IMG/VR virus record: IMGVR_UViG_3300046512_000357
Coordinates: 1,299 to 65,298 of that record
Length of the DNA stretch: 64,000 nt
Source of the DNA: a virus
Lineage: Duplodnaviria; Caudoviricetes
Reading direction: 5' to 3' (one strand)
The position numbers and the translations under genes are program-made. The notes beneath the pieces are model-generated. The model ran no database searches and was not told the DNA's origin. It saw only the letters and a list, made by a program, of their open reading frames with translations. Position 1 is the stretch's first letter. Each line of letters begins with the position of its first letter. Shown piece after piece: positions 55,254-64,000 of the stretch.

Positions 55254-56764
55254 TCCTGATCGAACTGACGGCTGGGGTCGATGCAGCCGGAACGCTGCGT
55301 ACGTTCTACGTGTCCACCGACAGGTTCGCGACCGAACCTAGCGACTCGCCGGCCGACACGAGCTTCCTTCCATGCGTGGCCGATCCCGGATCCATCGGAC
55401 TGCATGCATTCTCCGACGGCCGGACCAGCGGCCGCACGAAGCTGGAAGTCGGCGAGATCACGCTGATCAACGTTGATGGAGAGCTGGACGACTGGGTGCG
55501 CTATTCCTTCGATGGTCGTCCACTCACGATCCGCAGCGGCGTGGCCGGCCCGTATCCGTCGGCGTTCAAGACGGTCCTGGTCGCCACCGTTGACGGTGTC
55601 GATACCACCTGGGATAAGGTCGTCATCCGTATAAAGGACAAACAGTTTCTATTCGATAAGCCGGTGCTGACCGCACTGTACGGCGGCGCCAACGTGCTGC
55701 CCAACGGCGTCGACGGCGCGGCGGACCTGAAGAGCAAGGCGAAGCCGCGCGCGGCGGGTGTCGTTTTCAACGTGTCGCCGCCGATGGTGAACACGTCGCG
55801 GCTGATTTTCGAGGTGGGCACCTGCAACGCGGTCGACCACGTCTATTCGAATGGCGCGGAGCTTACTGCCGGCGCGGTTTATATGTCCCAGGCGGATATG
55901 GAGGCGAACTCGCCTGCCTCCGGGTACTTCCGCGCCTGGCCGGCCGGCGGCTACTTCCGGATCGGATCGTACGACGCGCAGCAAATCACGGCCGACGTCA
56001 CGCAAGGCGCCACTCCCGCGCAGCGAACTGTCGGGCAGGTGCTCGCGGCGCTGGCGGTGGCCGCCGGCATTCCCACTGCGGATATCGTGATGACCGACGT
56101 TTCTGCACTTGACGCGCTGAACGCCAGCCCGGTGGGAATCTGGTTGGACGACGACTCGACGACCTTCGCCAGTGCCATGGATCAAGTGGCCGCAAGCATC
56201 GGTGCATGGTATGGCTTCGACGGCAGCGGCATGCTGCGTATGGGGCAACTGACCGAGCCGGTTGGGCCACCGAAGGCGATCCTGGCCGAGTACGACATCC
56301 TCGATGGCATCGAACGGCGCGCGCCGGCCGACAACGGCATGCCGGCCTGGAGCGTCACGGTCAACCATACCCGCAACTACACCGTGCAGACGTCCGGGTT
56401 AGCCGGATCGGCGGCGACGCGCCAACCGTTTGTCAGCCAGGAGACGCGCGCTGCGAATGCTGTGGCGGCCACGATTAAAACGCAGTGGCTGCTGGCCAGC
56501 ACCATCACGGTCGACACGCTACTCACAACGCCGACGGCCGCAGACGCAGAGGCGGCGCGCCTGTTGGCGCTTTACAAGGTGCGGCGGGACATCTTTGAGA
56601 TCCCGGTTGCGCTCTCCGTTCTGACCTCCACGGGCATTTGGCTGCTCGACGTGATCGGCGTGGACCACCCGCGCTTCCAGCTCAATACCGGCAGGCTGTT
56701 TCGCGTGATCGGCGTCGCGCTCGAGAACGGCAGCAATAAAGCAATTTTGACTATCTGGGGATGA
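55250..56764 (+). CDS. Tail tip/baseplate protein
   Basis: Follows TMP; YGG...GVDG..DLK.K.KP...G.VFNVSP. Confidence 0.75.
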   Translation: MILIELTAGVDAAGTLRTFYVSTDRFATEPSDSPADTSFLPCVADPGSIGLHAFSDGRTSGRTKLEVGEITLINVDGELDDWVRYSFDGRPLTIRSGVAGPYPSAFKTVLVATVDGVDTTWDKVVIRIKDKQFLFDKPVLTALYGGANVLPNGVDGAADLKSKAKPRAAGVVFNVSPPMVNTSRLIFEVGTCNAVDHVYSNGAELTAGAVYMSQADMEANSPASGYFRAWPAGGYFRIGSYDAQQITADVTQGATPAQRTVGQVLAALAVAAGIPTADIVMTDVSALDALNASPVGIWLDDDSTTFASAMDQVAASIGAWYGFDGSGMLRMGQLTEPVGPPKAILAEYDILDGIERRAPADNGMPAWSVTVNHTRNYTVQTSGLAGSAATRQPFVSQETRAANAVAATIKTQWLLASTITVDTLLTTPTAADAEAARLLALYKVRRDIFEIPVALSVLTSTGIWLLDVIGVDHPRFQLNTGRLFRVIGVALENGSNKAILTIWG

Positions 56765-56765
56765 A

Positions 56766-57623
56766 ATGAGTAACTGTATGCTGGGATTCCCAAACCGTGC
56801 CGATATCGCCGTGCTGAGCGGCGGCGCCTGGTCGGCGAAGCTGCCGCTGACGAACTTGCTTGATCGGACAATCGGGCGCGTAGCTCGTACCACCAACACG
56901 GCGCCGTCAAGCTCGACCATCGTCATTGACCTAGGCAAAAGCACCAACGTGCGCGATGTGACACTGCGCAATCACAACCTCTCGCTTGCCAGCCGATACC
57001 GGGTGACGGCATCGACTGTGCCTGATTTCTCTGTGCTGACTTACGACTCTGGCTGGGGCGACGTCTGGCCAGAAGTTTATGCCTGGGGCACGCTGGAGTG
57101 GGAAGACGACAACTTCTGGTCTGGCAAATACACCGCCGAGGAGACACAGGGCTACACCACTCAGCTCGATCACATCCTACCGATGGCCAAGGCCCTACGC
57201 TACTGGAAGATTGAGCTGAGCGACCCGACGAACCCGGCAGGGTACATCCAGGCGGGCAGGCTGTTCATCGGCCCGGTCTGGCAGCCAAAGCTGAACATGA
57301 GCTATGGCGCCTCCTTGGCGTGGGAGACGAGCACGACGGCACAGGCCGCGATCAGTGGCGCCGAATATTTCGACCGCCGCACGCCGTTCCGAGTGGCCCG
57401 TTTTTCGATTGACTGGATGGAGCAGGACGAAGCATTTTCCAAGGCGTTCGAGTTGCAGCGCCAAGCCGGCATCGATCAGGAAGTTCTCTTTATTCACGAC
57501 GCCGACGATACCGTGCACGCCCTGCGCCGTCGATTCCTCGGCCGCCTGCGCACGCTCGGCCCAATTGAATACCCGTATTTCAACATAAACAAAGCCGCCT
57601 TTGAAGTGAAGGAACGTCTGTAA
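56766..57623 (+). CDS. Minor tail protein
   Basis: NHNLS, RYWKIELSD..NPAGYIQAGRLFIG. Confidence 0.75.
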   Translation: MSNCMLGFPNRADIAVLSGGAWSAKLPLTNLLDRTIGRVARTTNTAPSSSTIVIDLGKSTNVRDVTLRNHNLSLASRYRVTASTVPDFSVLTYDSGWGDVWPEVYAWGTLEWEDDNFWSGKYTAEETQGYTTQLDHILPMAKALRYWKIELSDPTNPAGYIQAGRLFIGPVWQPKLNMSYGASLAWETSTTAQAAISGAEYFDRRTPFRVARFSIDWMEQDEAFSKAFELQRQAGIDQEVLFIHDADDTVHALRRRFLGRLRTLGPIEYPYFNINKAAFEVKERL

Positions 57624-58936
57624 TGACCCAAGTGACTGTAAATGGCAATACCTATTCCGATGATGGCTCTTCGTCGAAGGACATGAATAACGGAGGCTTC
57701 CGCGAGCATCAACTGCCGATGATTGTCGACACGATGATCGACACGGCGGGGAAGGTCGCCGCAGCTGCTCACCAGGTGGAGCTTGCTGAAGCGGCCGCCG
57801 CCGCCGCAGCCACTGCTGCTTCGACAGCGGTATCGGGTCCGGGGTCCACTGGCAGCTCGACCACGTCGCTTACGATCTCCCTCGGCGTGCAGTCGCTCGT
57901 AATTCAATCCGGCAAGACGTTATCGCCTGGCATGCCGTGCACGATCGCCAGTACTGCCTCGCCGCGCAACTGGATGAATGGCTCAATCGATTCCTATAAC
58001 CCGGCCAACGGCGCGCTGCAGGTCAACGTCACCAACATCGGCGTCGTGACGCCTGGCGTTTACCCTACGCTGGCGGCCTGGTCCATCTCGCTTTCCGGCC
58101 CAGCTGCGGTGACTGGCGTGCTGAACGAATTGAAGGGCGGCGCCATCGTCAGCGCTGCCACGATCAATCTGGACTCGGCCACTGGCAACTACTTGCACCT
58201 GACGCTGGGCACAGGACCTGTTACTGCGGTGACGTTGGCGCAAGGCGCGGAACGCGAGGTGACGTTGGATGGCGCGGTACCGTTTACGCACAGCGCGAAC
58301 CTGCTGCTGCCAACTGACGCATCGATGCGAGGAATGGTGGGTGACGTCATTCGCTTTCGAGGAGAAGGGGGCGGTGTGGTGCGCGTTACCTCGTGGGTGC
58401 GCAAAAGCGGGAAGGCGCTGGTGCCTGGCTTCACAAACATTATCGTCGCGACAACTACGCAGAATGTCAATTTTCCTGAGGGAGTCGCATTCGCCGAGAT
58501 AACTATTCAGGACGGAGGATCGAGTGGCGCGACCTCTACCGGCGGCGTCTCGATGGGCGGGCGCGGCGGAGATTCCAGTGTGACGGTTGTTCCAGTCGAT
58601 CCTGCCGTGACGTACCTGGCAACGCCGGGATCATACGGTAGCGGCCCGTTGGCCAACACCAACACGCCCTCCCAACCAGGTGGGCTGAGCTCTTTCAGCG
58701 GCGCAGGGATCACCACTGTTACCTCTGCAAATGGAGCGATCAAATTTAAAGGTGGTGATTCTCTGGTGTTTACGGTTCAGGGTGGCCTCGGGCAGGGCGC
58801 AGGCGGCTCCTCGCTATTCTCCGGTGCATCAAGCGTCAGCATGGCAACTGCAGGCTTTGGCGCCGGCGGGCGCGGCGTCAGTGTCGGTGAGCCGGGTGTG
58901 AGTGGCAAAGCGGGTGTCGTGGTCATTAAATACTAA
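57623..58936 (+). CDS. Tail fibre protein
   Basis: STTSLTISLG, Gly-rich C-terminus ending GVVVIKY. Confidence 0.75.
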   Translation: MTQVTVNGNTYSDDGSSSKDMNNGGFREHQLPMIVDTMIDTAGKVAAAAHQVELAEAAAAAAATAASTAVSGPGSTGSSTTSLTISLGVQSLVIQSGKTLSPGMPCTIASTASPRNWMNGSIDSYNPANGALQVNVTNIGVVTPGVYPTLAAWSISLSGPAAVTGVLNELKGGAIVSAATINLDSATGNYLHLTLGTGPVTAVTLAQGAEREVTLDGAVPFTHSANLLLPTDASMRGMVGDVIRFRGEGGGVVRVTSWVRKSGKALVPGFTNIIVATTTQNVNFPEGVAFAEITIQDGGSSGATSTGGVSMGGRGGDSSVTVVPVDPAVTYLATPGSYGSGPLANTNTPSQPGGLSSFSGAGITTVTSANGAIKFKGGDSLVFTVQGGLGQGAGGSSLFSGASSVSMATAGFGAGGRGVSVGEPGVSGKAGVVVIKY

Positions 58937-58947
58937 GTGAGGAAACA

Positions 58948-59346
58948 ATGAGAGCAGGTCAAGTAGAGAAAGGCCGTATCGTGAACATCATTGAAGTCGC
59001 ATCGCTCGATGCGTTTCCAGGGTTGGTCGATGCCACTGGTGTGAATATCGGAGATGCGTGGGTGAATGGCGGCCCGGTCGCTCCGTTGCCATTTCCGATT
59101 CCTCCGCAAAGCGTGCCAATGCTTAATGCCCATCTGGTGCTGATTTCGACAGGAAAGATGAAATTGCTGGTCGACCTGATTGGCGAGCTGCCCGACGCAG
59201 ACCGCTTCGAGGCGCAGGCCTACCTGAACCTCGCCCAGACCTGCAAACGCGACAACAAGTGGGTTGTGCAGCTGGGCGCCGCGCTCGGCTACGACCCCGC
59301 CGGCCTTGATCAGTTGTTCATCCAAGCCGCAGCCCTCAACCCATAA
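58948..59346 (+). CDS. Tail fibre assembly/chaperone-like protein
   Basis: IVNIIEV...IGDAW; LDQLFIQAA C-terminus. Confidence 0.65.
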   Translation: MRAGQVEKGRIVNIIEVASLDAFPGLVDATGVNIGDAWVNGGPVAPLPFPIPPQSVPMLNAHLVLISTGKMKLLVDLIGELPDADRFEAQAYLNLAQTCKRDNKWVVQLGAALGYDPAGLDQLFIQAAALNP

Positions 59347-59374
59347 GCCCAGCCGCCTCGGCGGATTCACTCCC

Positions 59375-59821
59375 ATGAAAGAAACTATGCCCGCACTCGA
59401 AACAACTTCCGCCGCCGGCGGCGCGCTGATCAAAATCTTTGGCGCCCCGGTGCTGGCCGGCGCCGCCGCGACCGCGCTTGTGTTCCTGTTCATGTGGCCC
59501 AAGACGCTGCGAGAGGCGTTCCTCCGGCTGACCAGCACCATCGCCACCAGCGCGATCTTCGGCCCGTTCCTGGTCATGGCTGTGCACAGCTGGTGGCCCT
59601 CGCTGTTCGATTCGGCCAAAGCGGTCACCATCCTGTACGGCGGCGACCCAGCAATGGGCGTGCTGTTCGTGGCCGCGCCGGTGATGGTGGCCGCCGGCCT
59701 GCCGGCCTGGTGGCTGATCGGCGGCGTGATCCGCTGGCTGGACCGCCGTCGCGACAAGGACATCGGCGAAATGGTCCATGACGCCGCAGAGGTGGTCAAG
59801 GATGCGCGAGGTGCGCTGTGA
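59375..59821 (+). CDS. Holin-like membrane protein
   Basis: 3 hydrophobic segments, charged C-terminus, directly upstream of the endolysin. Confidence 0.72.
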   Translation: MKETMPALETTSAAGGALIKIFGAPVLAGAAATALVFLFMWPKTLREAFLRLTSTIATSAIFGPFLVMAVHSWWPSLFDSAKAVTILYGGDPAMGVLFVAAPVMVAAGLPAWWLIGGVIRWLDRRRDKDIGEMVHDAAEVVKDARGAL

Positions 59822-60312
59822 TCGCCGCCAGCGCCAATTTGCGCGCTTTCCTGGATACCATAGCGTGGTCTGAGGGTACGTCGACCAGCCCCGCCACGCG
59901 AAATAACGGCTACGACGTGATCGTCACCGGCGCCGACGGCCGTCCAGAGATTTTCGCCGATTATGGCGCTCACCCGTTCGCCGCCGGGCGTGCGCCGAAG
60001 CTCATCAACAGCGCCGGCCTGAAAAGCACTGCTTCCGGTCGGTACCAGCACATGCTGCGGGACTGGGCGCATTACCGCGATCAGCTGCTGCTGTCGGATT
60101 TTGGCCCAGCATCCCAAGATGCATGGGCAATCCAGTTGATCCGCGAACGTCGCGCGCTTCCGCTGATCGAGGCGGGCCGGTTCGCCGATGCGGTCGCCGC
60201 GGTCAGCAATTTGTGGGCTAGCCTGCCTGGGGCGAATTACGCCGGCCAGCCCATGCGCAAGATCGCGCAACTGACGAGCATCTACTCGGCGGCCGGCGGG
60301 AGGCTGGCGTGA
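59818..60312 (+). CDS. Endolysin, lambda R-like transglycosylase
   Basis: AFLDTIAWSEGT, GYDVIV, STASGRYQ, DFGPASQD, WASLPG. Confidence 0.93.
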   Translation: MIAASANLRAFLDTIAWSEGTSTSPATRNNGYDVIVTGADGRPEIFADYGAHPFAAGRAPKLINSAGLKSTASGRYQHMLRDWAHYRDQLLLSDFGPASQDAWAIQLIRERRALPLIEAGRFADAVAAVSNLWASLPGANYAGQPMRKIAQLTSIYSAAGGRLA

Positions 60313-60716
60313 GCGCGCTGGGCGACGTGGCGGCCGGCGCCGCCGGCGCGGTGGGCGGCCAGTTGTGGAAGGTGGCGGCATTGGTGCTGTTGGCATCCGT
60401 GCTGGCCGGTGGCGGCGCCGGCGGCGCGCTGTTGTGGTCGGCGTCCGCCGCACGCGACCAGGCGCTGGCTGATCTGAAGAAAGAGCAGGGCGTCACAGCG
60501 GAGCTGCGCGCCGGCGTGGTGGCGCAGAACACCGCGATCCTGGCGCAAGCCGACCGGGCGCGCGAGGCTGAAGCGCGAGGGCGCGCGGCGCAGGAAGCCG
60601 CCGCAGCGAATGGCCGGCGCTACGACCAGGCGCTGCAGCAGATCGCCGGCGCGCGGGCGACCAGCTGCGCAGACGCTATGCCATATGTGAATCAGCTTCT
60701 GGAGAAAGTGCGATGA
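60309..60716 (+). CDS. Inner-membrane spanin (Rz-like)
   Basis: N-terminal TM + coiled coil after the endolysin. Confidence 0.75.
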   Translation: MSALGDVAAGAAGAVGGQLWKVAALVLLASVLAGGGAGGALLWSASAARDQALADLKKEQGVTAELRAGVVAQNTAILAQADRAREAEARGRAAQEAAAANGRRYDQALQQIAGARATSCADAMPYVNQLLEKVR

Positions 60717-61003
60717 ACCTGCTGCGCCTGCATCACCTGCAGCTTTTCGCTGCACCTGCGGCTCTTGCCAGCGCCTGCATACTGGCCAGCTGCTCTGCTG
60801 CTCCGGTGCCCGCTGCGCAAATCGTCCAGGTGCCGGTGGCCGTGTCGTGTGTGCAGCGGCCGCCATTGCGCCCTGTGTACGAGTTTGATCAGCTGCCGGC
60901 TACTGCCAGCGATGGCGACAAGATATTGGCGCTGGTACGCGATTGGGCGCGGTATCGGAAGTACGCTGGAGAGCTGGAGGCAGTAATTGAGGGCTGCAAG
61001 TAG
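60713..61003 (+). CDS. Outer-membrane spanin lipoprotein (Rz1-like)
   Basis: Lipobox LASC, Pro-rich, ends GCK. Confidence 0.75.
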   Translation: MNLLRLHHLQLFAAPAALASACILASCSAAPVPAAQIVQVPVAVSCVQRPPLRPVYEFDQLPATASDGDKILALVRDWARYRKYAGELEAVIEGCK

Positions 61004-61058
61004 TTAATCATATTTTTTTATTGCAGGATGAAGCTCGACATGGAATGCCCTTCACCAA

Positions 61059-62351
61059 TTATGGCTGCTTGGCTATCAATAATCGCTTTAACGTCTTATT
61101 AATTGCGGGGTCGTGTATTCTTATTGTCCAGTCCGTTAAGTAGTCGAAGATATATCTGTAGCTTGTGCGATTCAAAATTATTCCGTTTTCAGGGTGTGAT
61201 CCATGTATAGATTTAAACAATCGTTCGAGATGTGGTCTCATCAAAATTTCCTCGAAATTCATTGGCTGAGGAAAGCCGACGTCAAATAGTGTGAAATGAG
61301 GAACGCTATACCACGTGTCTAAGGCCGGGTCAAAGCACACACCAAAGTGGAACACTAGAATGGCTGGAATTTTGCTTCCGTCTATTTTCCACGACTCCAG
61401 ATTTCGACGAATCACATCCATTACGTTGTCATCCAACCATGCATGCAGTTGTTTTATATATTCGGTGCGACTTCCTCTAAATTCTTTATCTTGTGAAAGA
61501 TTATCTTTCGTAACATCTAATGCAATCAGCCCTATTTCTTTTCGTGCTAGGATTTGGTCGCGCGCTGATTTGATGTTGGCTTCGAGCCTTTTCACGCCAG
61601 ACCTTTTAACAGCTACATTGAATCTCAAAGGATAGTATTCACATTGCCAGTCAGGCTCTTCCGCAGTTACCATGCATCCGGCACCACGAAGTTTTGCTGC
61701 AATAAAATGTTCAAAAAGGAAATTTCTTCCGTGCGTGGCTTTTTTCGGGTCAAGAGGAATAAAGCTGTCTTCATTTATAGCACGGATAAAAGACGGCGGC
61801 ATTTCGGTAAGACCTGTAGATGTATAGGTTATCGCGCGTAATTGCATTAAGTCCGTGTTGGCAAGAACGATCTTGTACTGATCAATTTCATTATCTAAAA
61901 ATTGTTCCGCTATAGTGCGCTTTATGGAGAAATATCTCCCATTTTTGTTGGGAACTATTTTCATCCTCTTAAGAAAATCGTCAATATCGACAAAAATCGG
62001 ATCTGACGAATCTAAATAGACAGAACTACCTTTAAACTCTGTTTGGTAATTTACACGATATCTCGGGTCATTTTTGGGATATCCGTTATCGGTGATCACT
62101 TGCGTCACTTCTAGAGGGCCTTCTCGTACGCCAAGCCGATGCAAAATTTCTAAAGTACCAGGTCTAAACACTTCGAATTGGGAGACACCATTCTCGCTCC
62201 ACGTGCAGTAAATTCCATTTCGTACACCCTCAAAAATATGATCCTCACCAAGTTCAAATGCCAGTACTTTCATCACAGGACCATTGGGGTCTCCAATTAC
62301 TCGAACAAGATCACCATCGCGAGGGCGTCCATTTTCCAGTTCGAATCTCAT
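61059..62351 (-). CDS. AT-rich moron: YodC/DUF2158-like N-terminus + putative PD-(D/E)XK nuclease domain
   Basis: GDLVRV..GPVMKV...YCTW...F.P..L; FEHFIAAKL...EPDW...VAVKR. Confidence 0.6.
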   Translation of the reverse strand: MRFELENGRPRDGDLVRVIGDPNGPVMKVLAFELGEDHIFEGVRNGIYCTWSENGVSQFEVFRPGTLEILHRLGVREGPLEVTQVITDNGYPKNDPRYRVNYQTEFKGSSVYLDSSDPIFVDIDDFLKRMKIVPNKNGRYFSIKRTIAEQFLDNEIDQYKIVLANTDLMQLRAITYTSTGLTEMPPSFIRAINEDSFIPLDPKKATHGRNFLFEHFIAAKLRGAGCMVTAEEPDWQCEYYPLRFNVAVKRSGVKRLEANIKSARDQILARKEIGLIALDVTKDNLSQDKEFRGSRTEYIKQLHAWLDDNVMDVIRRNLESWKIDGSKIPAILVFHFGVCFDPALDTWYSVPHFTLFDVGFPQPMNFEEILMRPHLERLFKSIHGSHPENGIILNRTSYRYIFDYLTDWTIRIHDPAINKTLKRLLIAKQP

Positions 62352-63049
62352 AACAATCCAATCTGCGTTGGTGGAACTGCTATTGCCGTGTCAGTTTTCT
62401 TGGCGCGCGGTGGCACTGGAAATTCCCAAGTGCGCATCTGTTCGGCAGGGTAGGGGCGCAAGAAGCTGCGCGCGTATTCGGGATCGGTGCAGTTCAGCCA
62501 GTCGTCCCACTCTGCCTGAGGCACGATTACCAGTGCGCGCTTCTCATCGCCCGGTTTGTGAAAACGCTTCATCAGCGGGTGCTCCTCCGCGTTGATCGTC
62601 AGTTGCGTGAACGAGTGCTCTGGACCAGCCTCACCATCCCATTCCCTCCACAGGCCGCCGACGGCGAACATCGACTGGTCAGCCATTCCGATGCCCCAGC
62701 GCACCGCCTTGCCGCTCTCGTAGTTTGGTTCGTAGAAAGCCGTCATCGGCACCAGGCAGAACTGCGACTTCTTCCACGCGCCGGAGAACGAGCGCAGTTG
62801 GCCTACAGTCTCGGCGCGCGCATTCATCGTGTCGAAAGGACGCACGCCTGGTGGGATGCGTCTGCGCGGCACCATTCCGTAGCTGGCCAGCAGGCCCTCG
62901 CGCTGGCCGGCAGCACTGCGGCGAACAATCGGCGCACCGTAGTCCTTCCAAGTTTCCGCGCGCCAGAAGCCAGTGTCGTGCAGATCGATGATCACGCCCA
63001 TGACGGTCTCCAGCATCTCCGGATCGGGTGGTCGAAAATTCACGCACAT
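62348..63049 (-). CDS. SOS response-associated peptidase (SRAP/YedK family)
   Basis: N-terminal MC, NARAET, FYEP, LTINA..HPLM..FH. Confidence 0.92.
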   Translation of the reverse strand: MCVNFRPPDPEMLETVMGVIIDLHDTGFWRAETWKDYGAPIVRRSAAGQREGLLASYGMVPRRRIPPGVRPFDTMNARAETVGQLRSFSGAWKKSQFCLVPMTAFYEPNYESGKAVRWGIGMADQSMFAVGGLWREWDGEAGPEHSFTQLTINAEEHPLMKRFHKPGDEKRALVIVPQAEWDDWLNCTDPEYARSFLRPYPAEQMRTWEFPVPPRAKKTDTAIAVPPTQIGLL

Positions 63050-63109
63050 AGCTGCCTCACGTCTTTACGTTAAGAAATCAATAATAGCGCTTTTCCGCCT
63101 GCATGATTA

Positions 63110-63129
63110 TACTGTACGCACATACAGTA
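63110..63129. promoter_or_regulatory. LexA (SOS) box
   Basis: TACTGT-ACGCACAT-ACAGTA matches CTGT-N8-ACAG, between the divergent SRAP gene and 63148..63822. Confidence 0.88.
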
Positions 63130-63147
63130 TTTGTTGCGGGAAATAAT

Positions 63148-63822
63148 ATGAAAGCATGGGTCTTGAGGCGGCGCGACTATGGTGCAGCCTTGGCGGTGCC
63201 CGCGCCAGCGGTGGAAGGCGCGGGTCTATTAGAGCTGCTGGTAGTCGATGTAACGGAAGAGGGCAGCCGGCGCCCGATCAAGGTGGCCAGGCTATATCCG
63301 CTGGGCGAACAACGCATCCTTGCGCAGCTGAAGCTACCTGACTTGGTCCAGCTCAAAGGTTGGAAACTCGTACTGAGCGGGATAGAGGAGCTGCGCAACA
63401 GCAGCGACCAGCTCTGCGGCGTTTCCCAGACTTGGCTTTGCGAGTTGCGGCCACCTGAAAATGCTGTTGGTTTCCGGGTCAAAGAAACCTATACAAGTGG
63501 TGTTCGTCTACCCCGCGCAGGACTTCATCAGGCCAGCAGTACGCGCGGCAAGCTCGTGGTGGCCGGCGAGTATTCCAACGTCTTGCAGCGCCATACGACC
63601 TGTGCTGAGTTACATCATCACCAGATGTCAACTTTTCCAGCAAAGCGCCTGATCAACTGTCACATCGAATTCATGGGGGAATCAACGTTTGGCCTCGGCG
63701 GTGTATATGTCCGGGAGCCGTATCAAGAACGGCCTCAGCGACTCGAGCGCGCGGGTTGGCTGTGCGAGTTCGACGTCGAGCAGCGGCAGCTTACGAAGGC
63801 GGAGTATCGGGCGTTGAGGTAA
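63148..63822 (+). CDS. LexA-regulated hypothetical protein with tandem duplicated domain
   Basis: Two ~100-aa halves, each ending in WLCE. Confidence 0.7.
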   Translation: MKAWVLRRRDYGAALAVPAPAVEGAGLLELLVVDVTEEGSRRPIKVARLYPLGEQRILAQLKLPDLVQLKGWKLVLSGIEELRNSSDQLCGVSQTWLCELRPPENAVGFRVKETYTSGVRLPRAGLHQASSTRGKLVVAGEYSNVLQRHTTCAELHHHQMSTFPAKRLINCHIEFMGESTFGLGGVYVREPYQERPQRLERAGWLCEFDVEQRQLTKAEYRALR

Positions 63823-64000
63823 GGCGTCGGCGCCCGCCGTTCTCGTCCAGCACGCGCACGATGGTACTGAATTTGACGCCTTCGCTCTCCAAGAACAGGG
63901 CGGCAGTGGCGCGGCCGTCGACGCCGGCCATGATGATGCCTACGTTGACGATGGTTTCTCTTGCCCGATCTGGGCGAGTGCGGCGGTCGATTAATTGCAT
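63791..64000 (-). CDS. Small hypothetical protein
   Basis: DRRTRPDR...AALFLESEGVKFSTIVRVL; start lies at the window edge. Confidence 0.5.
   Translation of the reverse strand: MQLIDRRTRPDRARETIVNVGIIMAGVDGRATAALFLESEGVKFSTIVRVLDENGGRRRLTSTPDTPPS

Larger units (their letters stand above)
1..64000. mobile_element. Temperate lambdoid/siphovirus-type prophage (ends not seen; integrase outside window)
   Basis: Canonical order: recombination genes <- PL - cI/cro - replication - Q - terminase/portal - capsid - tail - lysis - SRAP. Confidence 0.97.

Noticed and set aside
57623-59346. Diversity-generating retroelement or invertible tail-fibre cassette
   Set aside because: No reverse transcriptase, invertase or template/variable repeat seen
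59375-59389. Holin/antiholin dual start (M-K-E-T-M)
   Set aside because: The extension is net neutral and there is no clear SD for either start, so evidence is insufficient
1-64000. CRISPR array, IS element, integrase, att sites
   Set aside because: None detected by eye; the prophage ends probably lie outside the window

Overview
The window is almost entirely one temperate, lambdoid-organised, siphovirus-type prophage. GC content, a small HTH family and LexA-box type suggest a GC-rich betaproteobacterial host, probably Oxalobacteraceae (inference). From left to right: (1) a leftward early operon, ~1-13.4 kb (RecT, YqaJ exonuclease, NinB, RdgC fused to FtsK-gamma, KTSC, DUF5131, MazG-like); (2) PL, then a 4.7-kb cargo island (papain-like protein lacking catalytic residues, RelA/SpoT small alarmone synthetase, DUF2939, membrane and zinc-ribbon proteins), then cI/cro with twin operators; (3) a rightward early/replication operon (KilA-N, HNHs, TGT/DpdA-like protein, NinG, SNF2 helicase-methylase, DUF1376 initiator, DnaC, Q); (4) late head, tail and lysis genes; (5) a SRAP/LexA-box module at the right end. 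No integrase or att site is visible, so the element probably extends past the left edge. Main observations: five antisense moron genes sit back-to-back with phage start codons through a shared CATG-N-TANNNT extended -10 junction, and three are fully bridged on the operon strand by stop/start-coupled ORFs. An in-frame fusion joins the terminase N-terminus to the portal, implying a packaging-defective prophage or a misassembly. The major capsid protein carries a signal-peptide-like leader. GGA-loop hairpins precede the scaffold and capsid genes, and there are several structured-RNA candidates. All product calls come from motif recognition by eye; no database search was run.
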